From the human T2T-CHM13v2.0 reference genome, Homo sapiens: a DNA stretch of 64,000 bases. Made by a program: the position numbers and the translations under genes. The number at the start of each line of letters is the position of its first letter. Position 1 is the first letter of the stretch. The DNA is taken from NCBI RefSeq assembly GCF_009914755.1, contig NC_060936.1. One strand, 5' to 3'. A model generated the notes under the pieces. The model did not search any database. It had not been told where the DNA came from and worked only from the letters and a program-made list of their open reading frames with translations. Positions 33,414 through 47,838 of the stretch are shown one piece after another.

Positions 33414-33726
33414 TTATTTATTTATTTATTTATTTACTTATTTGAGACAGAGTTTCTCTCTGTTGCCCAGGCTGGAGTCCAGTGGCATGCTCTCAGCTCA
33501 TTGCAACCTCCACCTCCCAGGTTGAAGTGATTCTCCTGCCTCAGCCTCCCGAGTAGCTGGGATTACAATCGCGTGCCATCATGGTGGGGTAATTTTTGTA
33601 TTTTTAGTAGAGACGGGATTTGGCTATGTTGGCCATGGCTGGTCTCAAACTCCTGACCTCAACTGATTTGCCTGCCTCAGCCTCCCAAAGTGCTGGGATT
33701 ACAGGCGTAAGCCACTATGCCCGGAC
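33414..33726 (-). mobile_element. AluS
   Basis: (TTTA)n tail, full dimer. Confidence 0.95.
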
Positions 33727-34770
33727 ATCTTTTAAACGTGTGTAGTACAGTTTTATAACTCCTGCCAAGTCTTTGGAAGAAAACTAGGAGAAAGGTCATC
33801 TCCTCAGAGAGGCTTTCTCCGAAGACTGAATTAGAATCAGCTCCCATCTCCCAGCCCCTGAACCAGTTTATCTTATTAAAGCACCTTTCCTTCATTGCAC
33901 TTATAGTAATTTGTAATTATTACTTTTGTTTTGTTTCCTTGTTAAAGTTTGTTTTCTCCACGGGATTCTAAGTTCCATGAAGACTAAGACCATCTCTGTC
34001 TTTCAGTGGGTTATCCCTAGCTGACCATAGCATGTAATCAATGCTCAATAGAAACTTCTTGTTGTCAATTATTAATAAATTATAATAGTCCTAGTATTAC
34101 CACCACTAAAGTCTTATGGTGTAATGCTTCAAATTTCTAGAATTGTTGGAGTATTAAATTAGTACATGATACTCTGCATAATAATGTATTTGGCTCTTTT
34201 AAAAGGTTTTTGTAAATAGTCTCAGGATTTTTACAACAAACAGTAATTAAGATGAAAATTAGATAGCAAAGAATTGAATGAATCATTGGAATTCATAACT
34301 TAGTAAAATAATAATTTATTAGTGCAGATGATATTATCTACAGCATATCTTAATCAAAAGTTATACAGAAAGAGGCAACACTTGCATATTTCAAGTGAGT
34401 TTTTTTTTTTTTTAAGGATTTACAGTTACAGGGATAGATGTCTGTATTTCTTTTGACAAATTCTTATTTCATCTCTTTTTGGGGAGCGTTGGTCCAGGAA
34501 ATAGAGACCATATGAAATTCTATGCTGCATGTCAAGAAAATAGCTAAGATAAAATGGGGACTAGGAATTTGGTCCCAGAAGTTTTCATTTCTCCCTGACT
34601 ATGAGCAAGTCCTTTATGGAGTTCCTTTTCTCCTTCTTTCTCTTCTGATCCTCCCTCTCTTGCTCCTTCCCTGCCTCAAGTTGTCACACCTCCTTGTCTT
34701 CTTCAATCTGTAACAATTTCTCAGTCTTTCATGACCTTGACACTTTTGAAAGTACTTGTCAGATATTTTG

Positions 34771-34808
34771 TAGTGGCAAAAACCACAATTAGTTTTGCAA
34801 CAACCTAA
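34771..34808. mobile_element. Half of a MADE1 (Hsmar1-derived MITE) within an L1M fragment
   Basis: tagtggcaaaaaccacaattagttttgcaacaacctaa matches one MADE1 arm. Confidence 0.8.
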
Positions 34809-36194
34809 CAGAATATCTCTCAGTTTGAGTTTGTCTGATGTTTTCTTACAAAAACACTGAGGTTCTGAATTTTAAAGGAGAATATTGCAAAGGAGATATG
34901 CCTTTCTTGTCACATCGTATTGGAGCACATGATATCTCCATGACTAATTACTGGGGAGGTTTAACCTTGATCACTTGGTTAAGGCGATGTTTGCCAGGTT
35001 TCTCTACTATCACGTTTTTCTTTTTCTTTCTTTCTTTCTATGTTTTATTAGTTATACAGGTGTGACTTTTTTTTAAACCCAAGGGTTTAAGAATTGTTTT
35101 ATTTAGTTTCCAAATTTATGGGATTTATGGAAGCTATCCTTTTGTCAAAATATCTAATTTTATTGTATAATTATAGAGTACATAGTTTGTATGCTAGTGA
35201 TTTTCAGGAATTTATTAATGCTTCTTTGTGACCTGATTTATGATCTATTTTAATAAATGTTTCAAGTATGCTTGAAAAGACTCTGGTTTTCCCCATGACT
35301 TAATTTCTACATCAATGAAACAGGAAGAACCAAAACATCCAATTCCTTTTATTTATTTTTTGAAGGCTGCAAAACCAAAGACCAAACCGAAAGAGAAAAA
35401 TACTGCATTTGTTCTTTTTGACTCTTTATTTTGCAAACTCACAATAGGGATATCTTGACACAAGTAAACATACTAGGGGAGAGAGAAAAATGAAAATATC
35501 TGTCCTTCCTGTGGATTCGTTACCACTGGGTAACAGGTGCTTAATCCTCCGTGGGGGCACAATTTCAGATTACAGAGGGTCTGGCCAGAGCGGAGGAGTA
35601 ACCACCTGTGATAATGATTCTGATCTGTGTTCCATTCCTTAGAAGCCCTCTGGCCTTAGCTAATCTGTCTAAGTAAAGTTGGGTCTTTGGTGTACTGCCA
35701 TGAAGTATCGCTGTATGCTGAGGTGGGGTGGCTGATGGCAGTGGGCTAGTCGTTCAGCCTAGTTGCTTAAGAGACAGCATGGATCCTCATCTGTATTTGC
35801 CATGGGAAGAGGCATTCGATGATTAAAGACTTCACGCTGCAGATTTAAGTCAGATCTTTAATGGCCACCCTTTCAGGTTGTTTACCATAGGACGCCATGC
35901 CCCTCGGCTGCTGCCCTGACACTCTCCTGCTGTCTCTGGCTGCTTCTCTTCTGTGAACCCTCACGGATCCTATTGTTGGTTCCCCACCTCCTCCTGGGCA
36001 TCATCATCAAGGCTCACCTTCTAGCTTCTAGGAGATCTCAAGCCTTTCCAAATATGATGAGTCATCAAGAAATATGAAACTTTATATGGGCGTTTATTGC
36101 GCTATTTGTTTCAACTTTCCTATATGTTTGAAATTTATCGAAGTTCACAGTTAGAAAAAAATCCACTTGCTTTTCCTCTCTAAAAAAGTTAGTA

Positions 36195-36875
36195 TAGGTT
36201 GATGATCCCTTACCCAACATGCTTGGGACCAGAAGTGTTTTGGATTTTGGATTTTTTGGGATTTTGGAATATTTGCATATACATAATGAGGTAACTTGGG
36301 GATGGGACCCAAGTTTAAGCACAAAACTTATGTTTCATATATACTTTTTATACACATAGCCTGAAAGTAACTTTATACAATATTTTAAATAATTTTGCAC
36401 ATGAAACAAAGGTTTGTGTTTTGACTGAGACCCATCACATAAGGTCAGGTGTGGAATTTTCCACTTGTGGCGTCATGTTGACACCCAAAAAGCTTCAGGT
36501 TTTGGAGCATTTCTTTTTCTTTCTTTTTTTTTTTTTTTCTGAGACAGGGTCTCTCTCTGTCGCCCAGGCCGGAGTGCAGTGGCATGATCTTGTTTCACTG
36601 CAAACTCCACCTCCCGGGTTCAATTGATTCTCCACCTCAGCCTCCTGAGAAGCTGGGACTACAGGCGTACACAAGCATGGCTGGCTAATTTTTTGTATTT
36701 TTTGTAGAGATGGGATTTCCCTATGTTGCCCAGGCTGGCCCTGAACTCCTGGGCTCAAACGATCTGCCTGCCTTGGCTTCCCAAAATGCTGAGATTACAG
36801 GTGTCAGCCACCACTCTCAGGCAGGTTTTGGAGGATTCTGGATTTCAAATTTTTGTATTAGGGATGTTTAACCTG
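36195..36875. mobile_element. Tigger4/MER46 element interrupted by an Alu (36510-36822, minus strand)
   Basis: taggttgatgatccc ... gggatgtttaacctg termini with TA flanks; Alu TSD caggttttggag. Confidence 0.85.
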
Positions 36876-37271
36876 TAAACTTCAACGCTTGGCAGTGTTG
36901 CAAGTGGTCTGCACTTTATCTGGATGAAGACAAAGAATGGTGCTAACATTTGTCTATGAACAGATGGGTAATCTTGCTGAGGAAAGGACAATGATTCTCA
37001 AGCAAAAGGGGAAAACGGAGAGAGAAAAGAGAGCACCTGGAACTCAAGAGTATCAAGAATGGGAGGTGGCAACAGGATGATCTGCAAATAATATTTGGCT
37101 ATCATTAGAACAATAAACTCTTCACTATACAAGGTTGTATGGTGTATTGGAAAGAGCATGAAATCAGAGAAACTTCATTAGACTTCAAGTTTTGCTCTAT
37201 ATTAGCTGTGAGATTTTGCCTAAGACAATTGACCATTCTGATTCCACAGTCTTTATACATGCAAATGCTAA

Positions 37272-37460
37272 AACAGTTGTAACAGTGGAGATACATTGTG
37301 AAAAATGTGTCATTGTGCAAACAAAATAGGATGTACTTATGCAAACCTAGATGGTATAGCCTACTACATACTTAGGCCATATAGCATAGCCTATTGCTCT
37401 GACCACCATCATATATGCAGTCTGTCATTGACCCAAATATTGTTATGCAATGCATGACTG
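37272..37460. mobile_element. MER8/Tigger3-type fragment
   Basis: aaacctagatggtatagcctactaca...gttatgcaatgcatgactgta. Confidence 0.75.
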
Positions 37461-37929
37461 TAATAATAATAATACTTGCCACATAGGTAAAAATACTGTC
37501 ATTAACGGTGTAGTAAAATGGTAACTGGCATAGTAATGCTGTAAATTGAATACAATTTTTAGAAGGTTTTGAGGAGGGAGGTTCAGAACTGTTCTCCATT
37601 GATTTGCTTAACAAAGATATTTTCATTTTCCACCAAAGGGTTTGGCTGTGAAAACCTTTGCAGAAATAATATTTTAGGAGTTTTTTCCCCCTGTACTGTC
37701 AACTGATTTTTAGTAAGCATATGACTTTCTGTATGTATCATCCAATTGATTTAAAAATGAATCAATGAATGTATTTATTGATCGCCTGCCTCGCTTCACA
37801 AAGGAATGTGAGGAAGGACACCCAATTTGGCATTGCTGTGTTTCTCTGTATTTGGGTCATGCATTTTTTCTTGCTTTCCACATTGAAAATGTGGTGGATG
37901 CAGTAGATTGGCTTTAAGTGTCAGGCCTT

Positions 37930-38380
37930 CCCTCATTTACTATACCTTTTTGTGTTTCACAAGCTGGAAAGCTACCAACTACATGCTCTAGACATCCTTG
38001 CTGCTAATATTCTGCATGTCAGATTGGTCTCACCAATGGCACGCAGCAAAGCAAGATTTGCAGGTGCTGTTTTCTTGCTGCTGGCAAATGCAGCCGTGGA
38101 GACCACCGTTTTTTGCAGCACTGTTCCAGTGTCCTGTTAATTGTTCTGTCGGTGTTGAGAGGAGGTTGGGGACGAGGCATGGCAACTTCCTGACGCCATC
38201 TTCCTGATTGTGGGCAGCAGCCACAATCAGCAATCTTATCTAGGTAGTCATCCATGGATGTTCAGCTCAGCCCTTCTCCAGCCTTTCCAATGATTTCGAA
38301 TGTCCCCAATTCCCCCTAACGAATCCCTTTCTGACTAGGAGTAACTAGCTGAGTGCTGCAATGAAATCCTGACTGACAGA
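37930..38380 (+). mobile_element. Old ERVL LTR (LTR33-like) just upstream of the CRADD promoter
   Basis: 3' end ccttctccagcctttccaatgattt...aatccctttctg...cctgactgacaga resembles LTR33. Confidence 0.55.
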
Positions 38381-38689
38381 TTTGTAAACTCTTTGCGGGC
38401 AGGAACCCTTGATATAAATAAATGACCTTGCATTTTAATGGAGGGAAGCAGAAGGATAAACAAATGAATAAGTGAAAAGTTTTAATAAGATGGTGATGCG
38501 TAAAAAATAAAGCTGGTTAATGGGGAGTGCAGGAAATGAGCGCAGCTGTCTTGCCGTTTTAATCAGATAGGTCAGAGAAGGCTTCTCTACTAGGGTGGCT
38601 TTTGACCTGCCTCTCTGTTAGGTCAATTGTGTGCGAGGCCCTGATGGAGTTACTGTGTTAAAATGCAATGATTCAATTACTCCATTACT

Positions 38690-39420
38690 TAGATACCCTT
38701 TAAGTGACGCTACGGTTGTCCATCTCCCCGTTATTGAATTGTTTACCCACAGTAAGCATGGCGGGAAGAGCTTCGATCCGACCCTTGAACGCTCAATAAA
38801 AATGGCGACAGCACTTCCTGTACTTGCCCTCAACAAAGATGGTGTCAACACTTCCTGTTTAGGGTTTTCGCCATTAACAAAGATGGTGCTTATGGGGCAG
38901 GTTCCCTAACAGTCAGGATTCCGGTTGCAGTTTTTCTCCCCCGCCCCAAAGATACGTGGTTGCAGACGTAAGTAACAGGAATCCATCTTTCTTTGAAAGT
39001 CCTGCATTGTAGCGTCTGCGACCTGGGCCCTGCGGGGGCTTCCCCGCCCCGCTAACTTGCTCCGCATTTCCGATCCGGGCCAAGGCTGGGTGGCTGCGGC
39101 AGTGCCGGAGGCCCGCTCTCCCCTTGGTCCGCTCTTTAGTTCATTCCCAGCACTCCCTCTTTAGCGGGTCAAGTTGCCGCAGAAACCGCCCGTAGTCTTC
39201 CTGTTTGATACAAGGGTTTCAGCGGCCGAAGCAGAGCCTTTTTAAATAGTTCCCAATGGGCGCTCACGGCCAAACGTGAACACCTCCCCTCCTCACCTGT
39301 CACCTCCTGAACTTTACAGGGTTGCGAGGGGGAGTGTGGGATCGGGTGTCGCCTAGCCGTGGTCGTACTGCCCGGGTGTGTCTGAAGCCCCATCTGTCAT
39401 CCCTGCCTGCCTTCCCGGTC
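38690..39420 (+). promoter_or_regulatory. CRADD: CRADD CpG-rich, TATA-less promoter region
   Basis: High CpG density. YY1-like (AANATGGCG/TG), ETS (CACTTCCTG), E2F-like (GGCGGGAA) and Sp/KLF (CCCCGCCCC) motifs immediately upstream of and within exon 1. Confidence 0.85.
38870..38967 (+). other. CRADD: CRADD non-coding exon 1 (5' boundary approximate)
   Basis: Strong donor GAC|GTAAGT at 38967/38968 within the CpG island. Splicing to 40264 gives ...GCAGAC-GGAGAA-ATG. Confidence 0.8.
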
Positions 39421-40176
39421 ACTTAACCTTCACTGCCTTACACACAACCAAGCCACAGCACACTGGTGCAGGGGTGGTGGAACTGCACCTTCAAATCGTG
39501 CCTGGCTACTGACCAGTGCTGGGGTGTGTGCTTTTTTTGAAAGAAAAAAATCCCATAAAATGTCCCATGCATGTGCGGCCACGACAGTGTTGTGCTGGAG
39601 ATTCGGAATTCTTAGTGGGAAGGAATGGAGTCTGTGACTGTATATTGTGTAAAGTTTATTGTAGACTGGGCACAAACAACAATTTTCTTAAAGGTGATCG
39701 TGTAGAGGACTTTTAGCGAAAAGAGCCTTAAATTCTGAACCTGCTGATTTCTGTCCTGCACTCCTATTACTGATCAGGTTTTGCAAATACTTGTGATCAA
39801 AAAAAGGGGACCTGCGTCCACCTTGGCAGTTTCTGCCTTGGTGGTGGTGGTGCAGGTCTGATGAGGGCAATGTGAAAATAAAACCACCATTTCTTCTCCA
39901 GCGTGTTAAAATTAGTGCTGCTCTGTAATCTTCAGATAAAAATTGCTTGTTCAGAAGGGTCTCTGACCCACTTTTTTTTTTTCTTTTTCCAAATTTCTTT
40001 ATTGAACGAGGAATTGAGCTGGGACCCCATTGTGTGAAAAGCAGAAACAGAAAAGATGATTCATCTTCATTGTTGTTCATTATGTTAGGAAACATTCAAA
40101 ATTAACCTGGCTTGGCTTAATCAGTGAATTAAATACCATGACCTGGCAGTCTGCTATGGTTTAAAGATGTGCTTGA

Positions 40177-40936
<760 letters not shown>

Positions 40937-42370
40937 AGAACTATGCCCTTTGGATTTGAAGTTGGGATGTAAGGCAGGACAAGGGTCAATGGTTGATGAA
41001 AGTGGGTAAGGATTTGGGACTGAAGGGACATGACGTTGGAGGAATAGGATCAGGAGGTGGCATTAGGAAGTGCAGGGAAGGAAGAATGAACCGTGACTGG
41101 GAGGTGAGGGAGGGAGCTCAGAGAATGCATTTAGAAATGCTTCCAGGAAACCTGGCATGTCACTTGGGAAGCATGTTCTCATCAGAGAGCCAGGTCATAT
41201 CTCAGCCGTTGGCATCAGGAGCCATTTGGAAAGTGCAGATGGGAAAGCAGGCATTCGGCCTACTGACAACTGATTTGTGAGGTGCCAGAGCTACCAGCTG
41301 GAAAAGGTCAGATTCATGGAGGAGGAGACAGCCTCTAGGAAGGCATGCCCTGCACCTGTCCCCTGGGCTGTCCTGTGTGGCCAAAGGGGATTATTTTGAA
41401 GGCTGACTTAGTTTGTTTTTAAAGGTTATTCGTTTAAAGTGTCCTTTTTAGTTTAGCTTTGTTCAGACACTGGAGTATTTAATTTTGCAAAGAGCAATAG
41501 TTTGGGGAGGGTCTCAGTTTAATTTGAAGGAGAATTGGAAGCTGGAGAAGAGAGAAACAGTTCTGGTTCTGTTAGCCTGGCTTGTAGCAGGAAGAAGATG
41601 TGATATGGAAACACTTGCTTTTTCTTAACCTCCCTTGACTCTGTTTCACAAAGATAGAGGGGCAGAGAACTGAACTGGCAAAAATTAAAAATTGAAAAAA
41701 AAAAGTAATTGAAAGTTGGCTTGCAAATTTTTAACAAAGTTAGAGAATCAAGGTTCTCTGGGGTTTCTGATAAGAGTGATAGAACTATTCCGGTTCAGTG
41801 GGCCCCAGACTTCGTGGTTGCTATTTTTTAAATACTGGTTAAAAAAAATGAATACTGATAATAAGACCACTTTTACTATTTTTGCTCCATGGACCTCATA
41901 TTTTGACATATGTCTGAATACCTGATCAGCATGACATAGCCAGCTAACTTTAGGAAGACCTGGTAAGATCCCAGTGGAAAAAGCAAAAGTATTTTCATTC
42001 CTAGTCTGGGCTCGTTACAGTTAAATGTATCTTTAGGCTTTTTGAAATATTAGACATAGCTGGCTTTTGAGGACCACTGGAATTCACTGCTTGGATTGTC
42101 CTTACAAAATTAAATACTCCACATGTCTGAACAAAATGTATCTAGATGTTTTTATGACTTTATTGAAAGCAGAATAGATAACATAGAGTTGGAGAAATGT
42201 TAAAAAATTATTGGTGTTTTCCTGATATTTGACTTAGAGGTTTCTGCTGGCATCATATAGTTGGAAACAACAAAACAGGTGAACTGAAAGCCTTTCACTA
42301 TCAAAATACTGAATTTAATTTTATGGTCATTTTGGGTGATACAGATCATGCTGTTGTATGTCATTCGTAG

Positions 42371-42679
<309 letters not shown>

Positions 42680-45600
42680 TAACCCCATTATTTCTTCAGA
42701 TTCATTCAGAGAGTTAGAAAGAATTAAGGCATTTTTTACAAAATGATGAGAGTTACAGAGAAGCTGAGGAAAAATAGCTTTTTAAAAAAGCAAACAGAAT
42801 GAAGCAGTACATAATGGGAAAAAAATTGAGCATATCTGTGTAGAAGTTTAGAAAAATAAGGTTTTTCTCAAGATTTGTTAATTCTGTAGAAGGTTGGCTC
42901 TGGAACAAATTCGTACAGTCATCTTAATTGTTTTACTTTTTACTGAGTAACACTGCTATTGAAAAAAACATTCTGAAGTGAGGGTTTGATTTATATATGT
43001 CTTTGAATACCTTCCACGGTGACAATCACATAAACTCTTTTAAAAAAGACTTGTATTTATTAAATATTGACTATTTTAAATAATATTACAAAATATAAGT
43101 AAGATATGGAGAATAATGGTACAGCGAACACCCGTCTCCTCATCACTCAGTTTAAGAAAAATAATATTACGATTGCCTTTAAAAACCCCGGGCACTCCTT
43201 CCCAATCTTGTCTCATTCCCAACCCCCACGCAGTGAAAAGCCCTGAATTGGGGGTTTATCATTCATTCACTTCTTCACTTTATAGTTTCCTATCTCCTAA
43301 AAATCACTTTTAAAATCTTCATATGTTTTTGAAAATCCTGTATACCGTAAGTTCTAGAGGTGTGTGTGTGTGTATATGTATATATGTATATAGAGAGAGA
43401 TATATATGTTTTTTATGTGTGTGGGAAGGAAAGGGTGGAAGTAATGGAAGAAATTATGCATTTAAACTTGATAGTTAACACCTTCTCTTGTTTCAGAACT
43501 TAAAATATTTTTTACATGTTTAAAGTAATTTAATTGGTGGCAATATTTTAATTCTAAAATTAAATTGGGATTTACTGAATTGGAAACCTAGGTTTTGTTA
43601 TTTTGTAAATCCTGGGAAGAGTATCAGAGTTGAAATCCCTTCAATTTAACGTCCCTATAAAAAAGAAATCCAGAACCTACTGCCTAAGACCTCGGTGCTT
43701 CTCCAGTGTTGTAATTGAGTAATTTTAGTAAGATTTAAAATAGTCCACTTAAATTTTTGTAAAGATATCTTTGAGTTTTGAGGATCTAGACTATAGGAGA
43801 ATGTGTGTACACATTAACCTCTTAATGTATGTACACATTAAACTCTTCCTACCTTTTCCTCATTTTGATCATACTTATTAATTAATTTGTATGGATTCAG
43901 TAGTCTCTTGGGAGGCCTTGAGAACAAATGGGAAGGAATGGCCTTCTTTTTTAGCCAAGACGTTGATCCTTCTCTAAGAATGAACTGATTTTATCTTATT
44001 AAGGTTTTCTTGTGTTGGTCTTCCCAGAGATGCTTGGTTTCCCCTTTATTGGTTTGTTGTTTTAATTTTCGTTGTTTCACTTGTAAATTTTGAGCTGTCT
44101 CAGAGGCTTTATTTTGGTGATTGTTCCTGGTTAGTTGCTTTTTACTTATGTGCTGGATGTAATTTGTTTAGAGAATTGAGCTGTATCTTGTTCTTCTCTA
44201 CTCTTCTGAACGCCACCCCCATCAAATCTCAAAACATACAAAAACACCCTAAACCTTTTGATTCTCTCAGAATCTGCCTCTGTGACTAGTCTCCCAATCT
44301 CTGTTAGGAAAAAAAAAAAGGTTTAAGTTGTTAAAGTTGTTAATGGATCATTGGTTTTGTGTTTTTCTCACCCTGTAAGGACTCTTACCTTTTAAAAGAG
44401 GAATTCTGGTGATAAAATGACTTAATCCACCTTGGCACCGTGGAGAGAACACTTCATGGTTTGTCTCTCTGGCCAAGGTCACATACTAGACATTAGATCA
44501 GCTGGAAATCCTCTCTGGGCTCCTGTCAGGTCATTTAGGAGATAGGGACAGTGCCGTGTCTGGGTGAAGGCAGCCTGTGCCTGCCTGCCTGGCTTCTCAC
44601 TGCTCATGGGGCCTGTCGGCACTGACAGGCTCCCTCCAGTGCCTGAGCTAATCTGGATCTGGAAAGGAGGTTGATGGCAGCCCAGCCTCCCCATCTGGTG
44701 GGACTCAGCGTAAATCACGGTGGGAGTGACTCCTGGGCCACAGGACCCCCTCCCTGTTCCACTGTGTTGGCCCTGGCTGTGGGTCTGGGTGTCTGCCATG
44801 ATTCTCTGCCTTTTGCCCCAGTCTTCCTTTAAGCTTGGGAGTGTTTTTGTTTTTCTCTCCTCCGTTGGTTTGATTCATGCTTTATGTATTCTTAGCCATG
44901 GCGAGAGTGAAGAACAGAGCTCTGGGAACACAGCTCGGTGCCTCCGGCATCAGCATTGGATGTCTCAACTCTTGAGCCTGTTGGAATGGCTGTCCCTAAG
45001 CTGACACTTGCTTCAACCTTCTCTGGGCTTGATCTTGTCCTCCCCATAGACTCTGTGCCCTGGACTCCCTGGCTGCTCTTACAACAGCAGTGCGCAGGAC
45101 TGGCTAGTCCATTTCCCCTCTACCTGTGGGCTCAAGGGCTCTGCCTGCCCCTTGTGGCGCCAGCCTTGAGTGACAACACAGAACCACACCTGCCGCCCTC
45201 CTGAGATACATTCTAGCTCTGAGTTGCATACTTGGATGCATCTAAAGTCACTGAGCTCTTAATGGCAGATATTTTAGATATTGTGATGGGTTTATTAGAG
45301 AGGTTTCTAGCTTGGGATTCTTTTCATAGGTTCCTCCAATCATACCACGTAATTGACCTTGCTCTGCATGTAAGTTCAGTGTTGGTCTCAGTGTATCTAG
45401 CTTGCAGTCTATCCATGTGCTTCCACTGTGACTGAGTAGTGTTTGCCTAGTGGCGTCCTGTGTGCTAGAGTGAGAACAGTGGGTCAGTATCCATAGCAAG
45501 ACCCTTCCCTCGGTAAAGGGAGAGTCTGCAGAGGGCCCAGGTTTCTGTGTATACCCAGCCCGATTTTCATATACTTCCTAAGGACCTACTGAATGCCAGG

Positions 45601-45700
45601 TACTGGGTATATAAAGACAAATGGAGGATCTCCAGATCAGTTGAGGGCATTCATGCGTTCATCCAGCAAATATTTGCTGAGTCTTGACCATGTGCTAAAC

Positions 45701-46033
45701 CAGAGGTCCCCAGCCTTTTTGGCGTCAGAGACTGGTTTTGTGGAAGACAATTTTTCAACCAACGGGAGAGTTGGGGGGAATGATGGTTTCGGGATGAAAC
45801 TGTTCCACCTTAGATTATTACCAGGCATTAGATTCTCATAAGGAGTGCGCGACCTCGATCCCTGGCATGTGCAGTTCACAATAGGTTCATGCTCCTATGA
45901 GAGTCTAATGCCACTGCTGATCCAATAGGAGGAGGAGCTCAGGTGGTAATCCTCGCTTGCCTGCCACTTACCTCCTGCTCTGCGATCCGGTTCCTAATAG
46001 GCCACGGACCGGTATGGGAGTTGGGGACCCCTG
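45701..46033. mobile_element. MER1B (hAT-Charlie) inserted in an L2 (~45640-46330)
   Basis: TIRs cagaggtcccca / tggggacccctg; degenerate 8-bp TSD tgctaaac / tgcaagac. Confidence 0.88.
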
Positions 46034-46739
46034 TGCAAGACAGTAGGTGCTGGAGATATAACAGTAAACAAAACAAAGCCCTTATTTTCATGGAGTTCAA
46101 TGTATTCTAGTAGAGGGAGGGGATAAGGGCAGGGACAGATAATAAGCAAATGAATAAATAACATTTGGTGGTGAAGAGCGCTATGAAGAGAAGCGGTATG
46201 TGTGGTGGTGGGGGTGGTCAGGGAAAGCCTCTCTGATGAGGGGACACTGAGCAGAGAACTGAGTTTGGCTGCAGAGTTGATACAGGGAGGAGAGCTTTCA
46301 GATAGAGGGGACCACAAATACACAGGAAGTCAAGTGGGAGCCACAGGTGACAATGTGGCTAATAAGACACCTTCCTCCCTGGGATGAATCACATTCCACA
46401 TCAGCAGAGGCTCAGTGGCTACCTTTTGTTTTGCTCTCAACATGTGAGATGTGTGTGCAGCCGTGATCTTGTGTGGCTCGTAGCATGACTTTAGTTGATA
46501 CGTGGATGTGGGATTAAGTAATATTGAATTACATGATGAGAAAGTTATTTCCTTTCTATTTCTGTTTCAGTTCGGTAAGAATGATAGGAGGTCCTCATGC
46601 TTAAAGCCTTCTGTGGGCAACAGTATTTAGCTAGAATCTAGTTGTATTGCTTTTTTTGTGTCAACTTAATGGGTTCCTTCCATTTATGGCAAGCAAAACT
46701 TTTCTATTTACGAAGTTCCTTTTAAAAATACATGACTTT

Positions 46740-47085
46740 TAGAGACTAGAATTGTGGTTATTAGGGACTGGGAAGGGTATGAGGGAGGCAGGGATGGGGA
46801 GGTTGGTTAATGGATACAAAATTACAGCTAGATGGGTGGAATAAGTTCTAATGTCCTAGCACTGTAGGGTGAATATGGTTAACAGGAATTTATTATGTGT
46901 TTTCAAAATGCTAGAAGAGAGGATTTTGAATATTCCCAACACAAAGAAAGAATAAATGTTTGACATGATGGATATACTGATTGCCCTTATTTGATCATTA
47001 CACATTGTATGCATGTATTGAAATGTTACCCTGTATCCCATAAATATATACAATTTTTATGTATCAACCAAAAATAAAAAGAAAA
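46740..47085 (+). mobile_element. L1MA 3' end
   Basis: ttggttaatggatacaaaattacagctagat...ttgatcattacacattgtat...A-rich tail. Confidence 0.85.
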
Positions 47086-47194
47086 ATGTTCATAGGAATA
47101 TTGAATAGGAAATAAGATTGAAAGTATACCAAATTATTTAGGAAAAAACCATTACTTACATTTAAGTAGAAATGTGTCAACATAAAGGAGACTA

Positions 47195-47838
<644 letters not shown>

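Noticed and set aside
45145-45160. CTCF-like motif (GCCACAAGGGGCAG, minus strand)
   Set aside because: One base short of core spacing; insufficient support.
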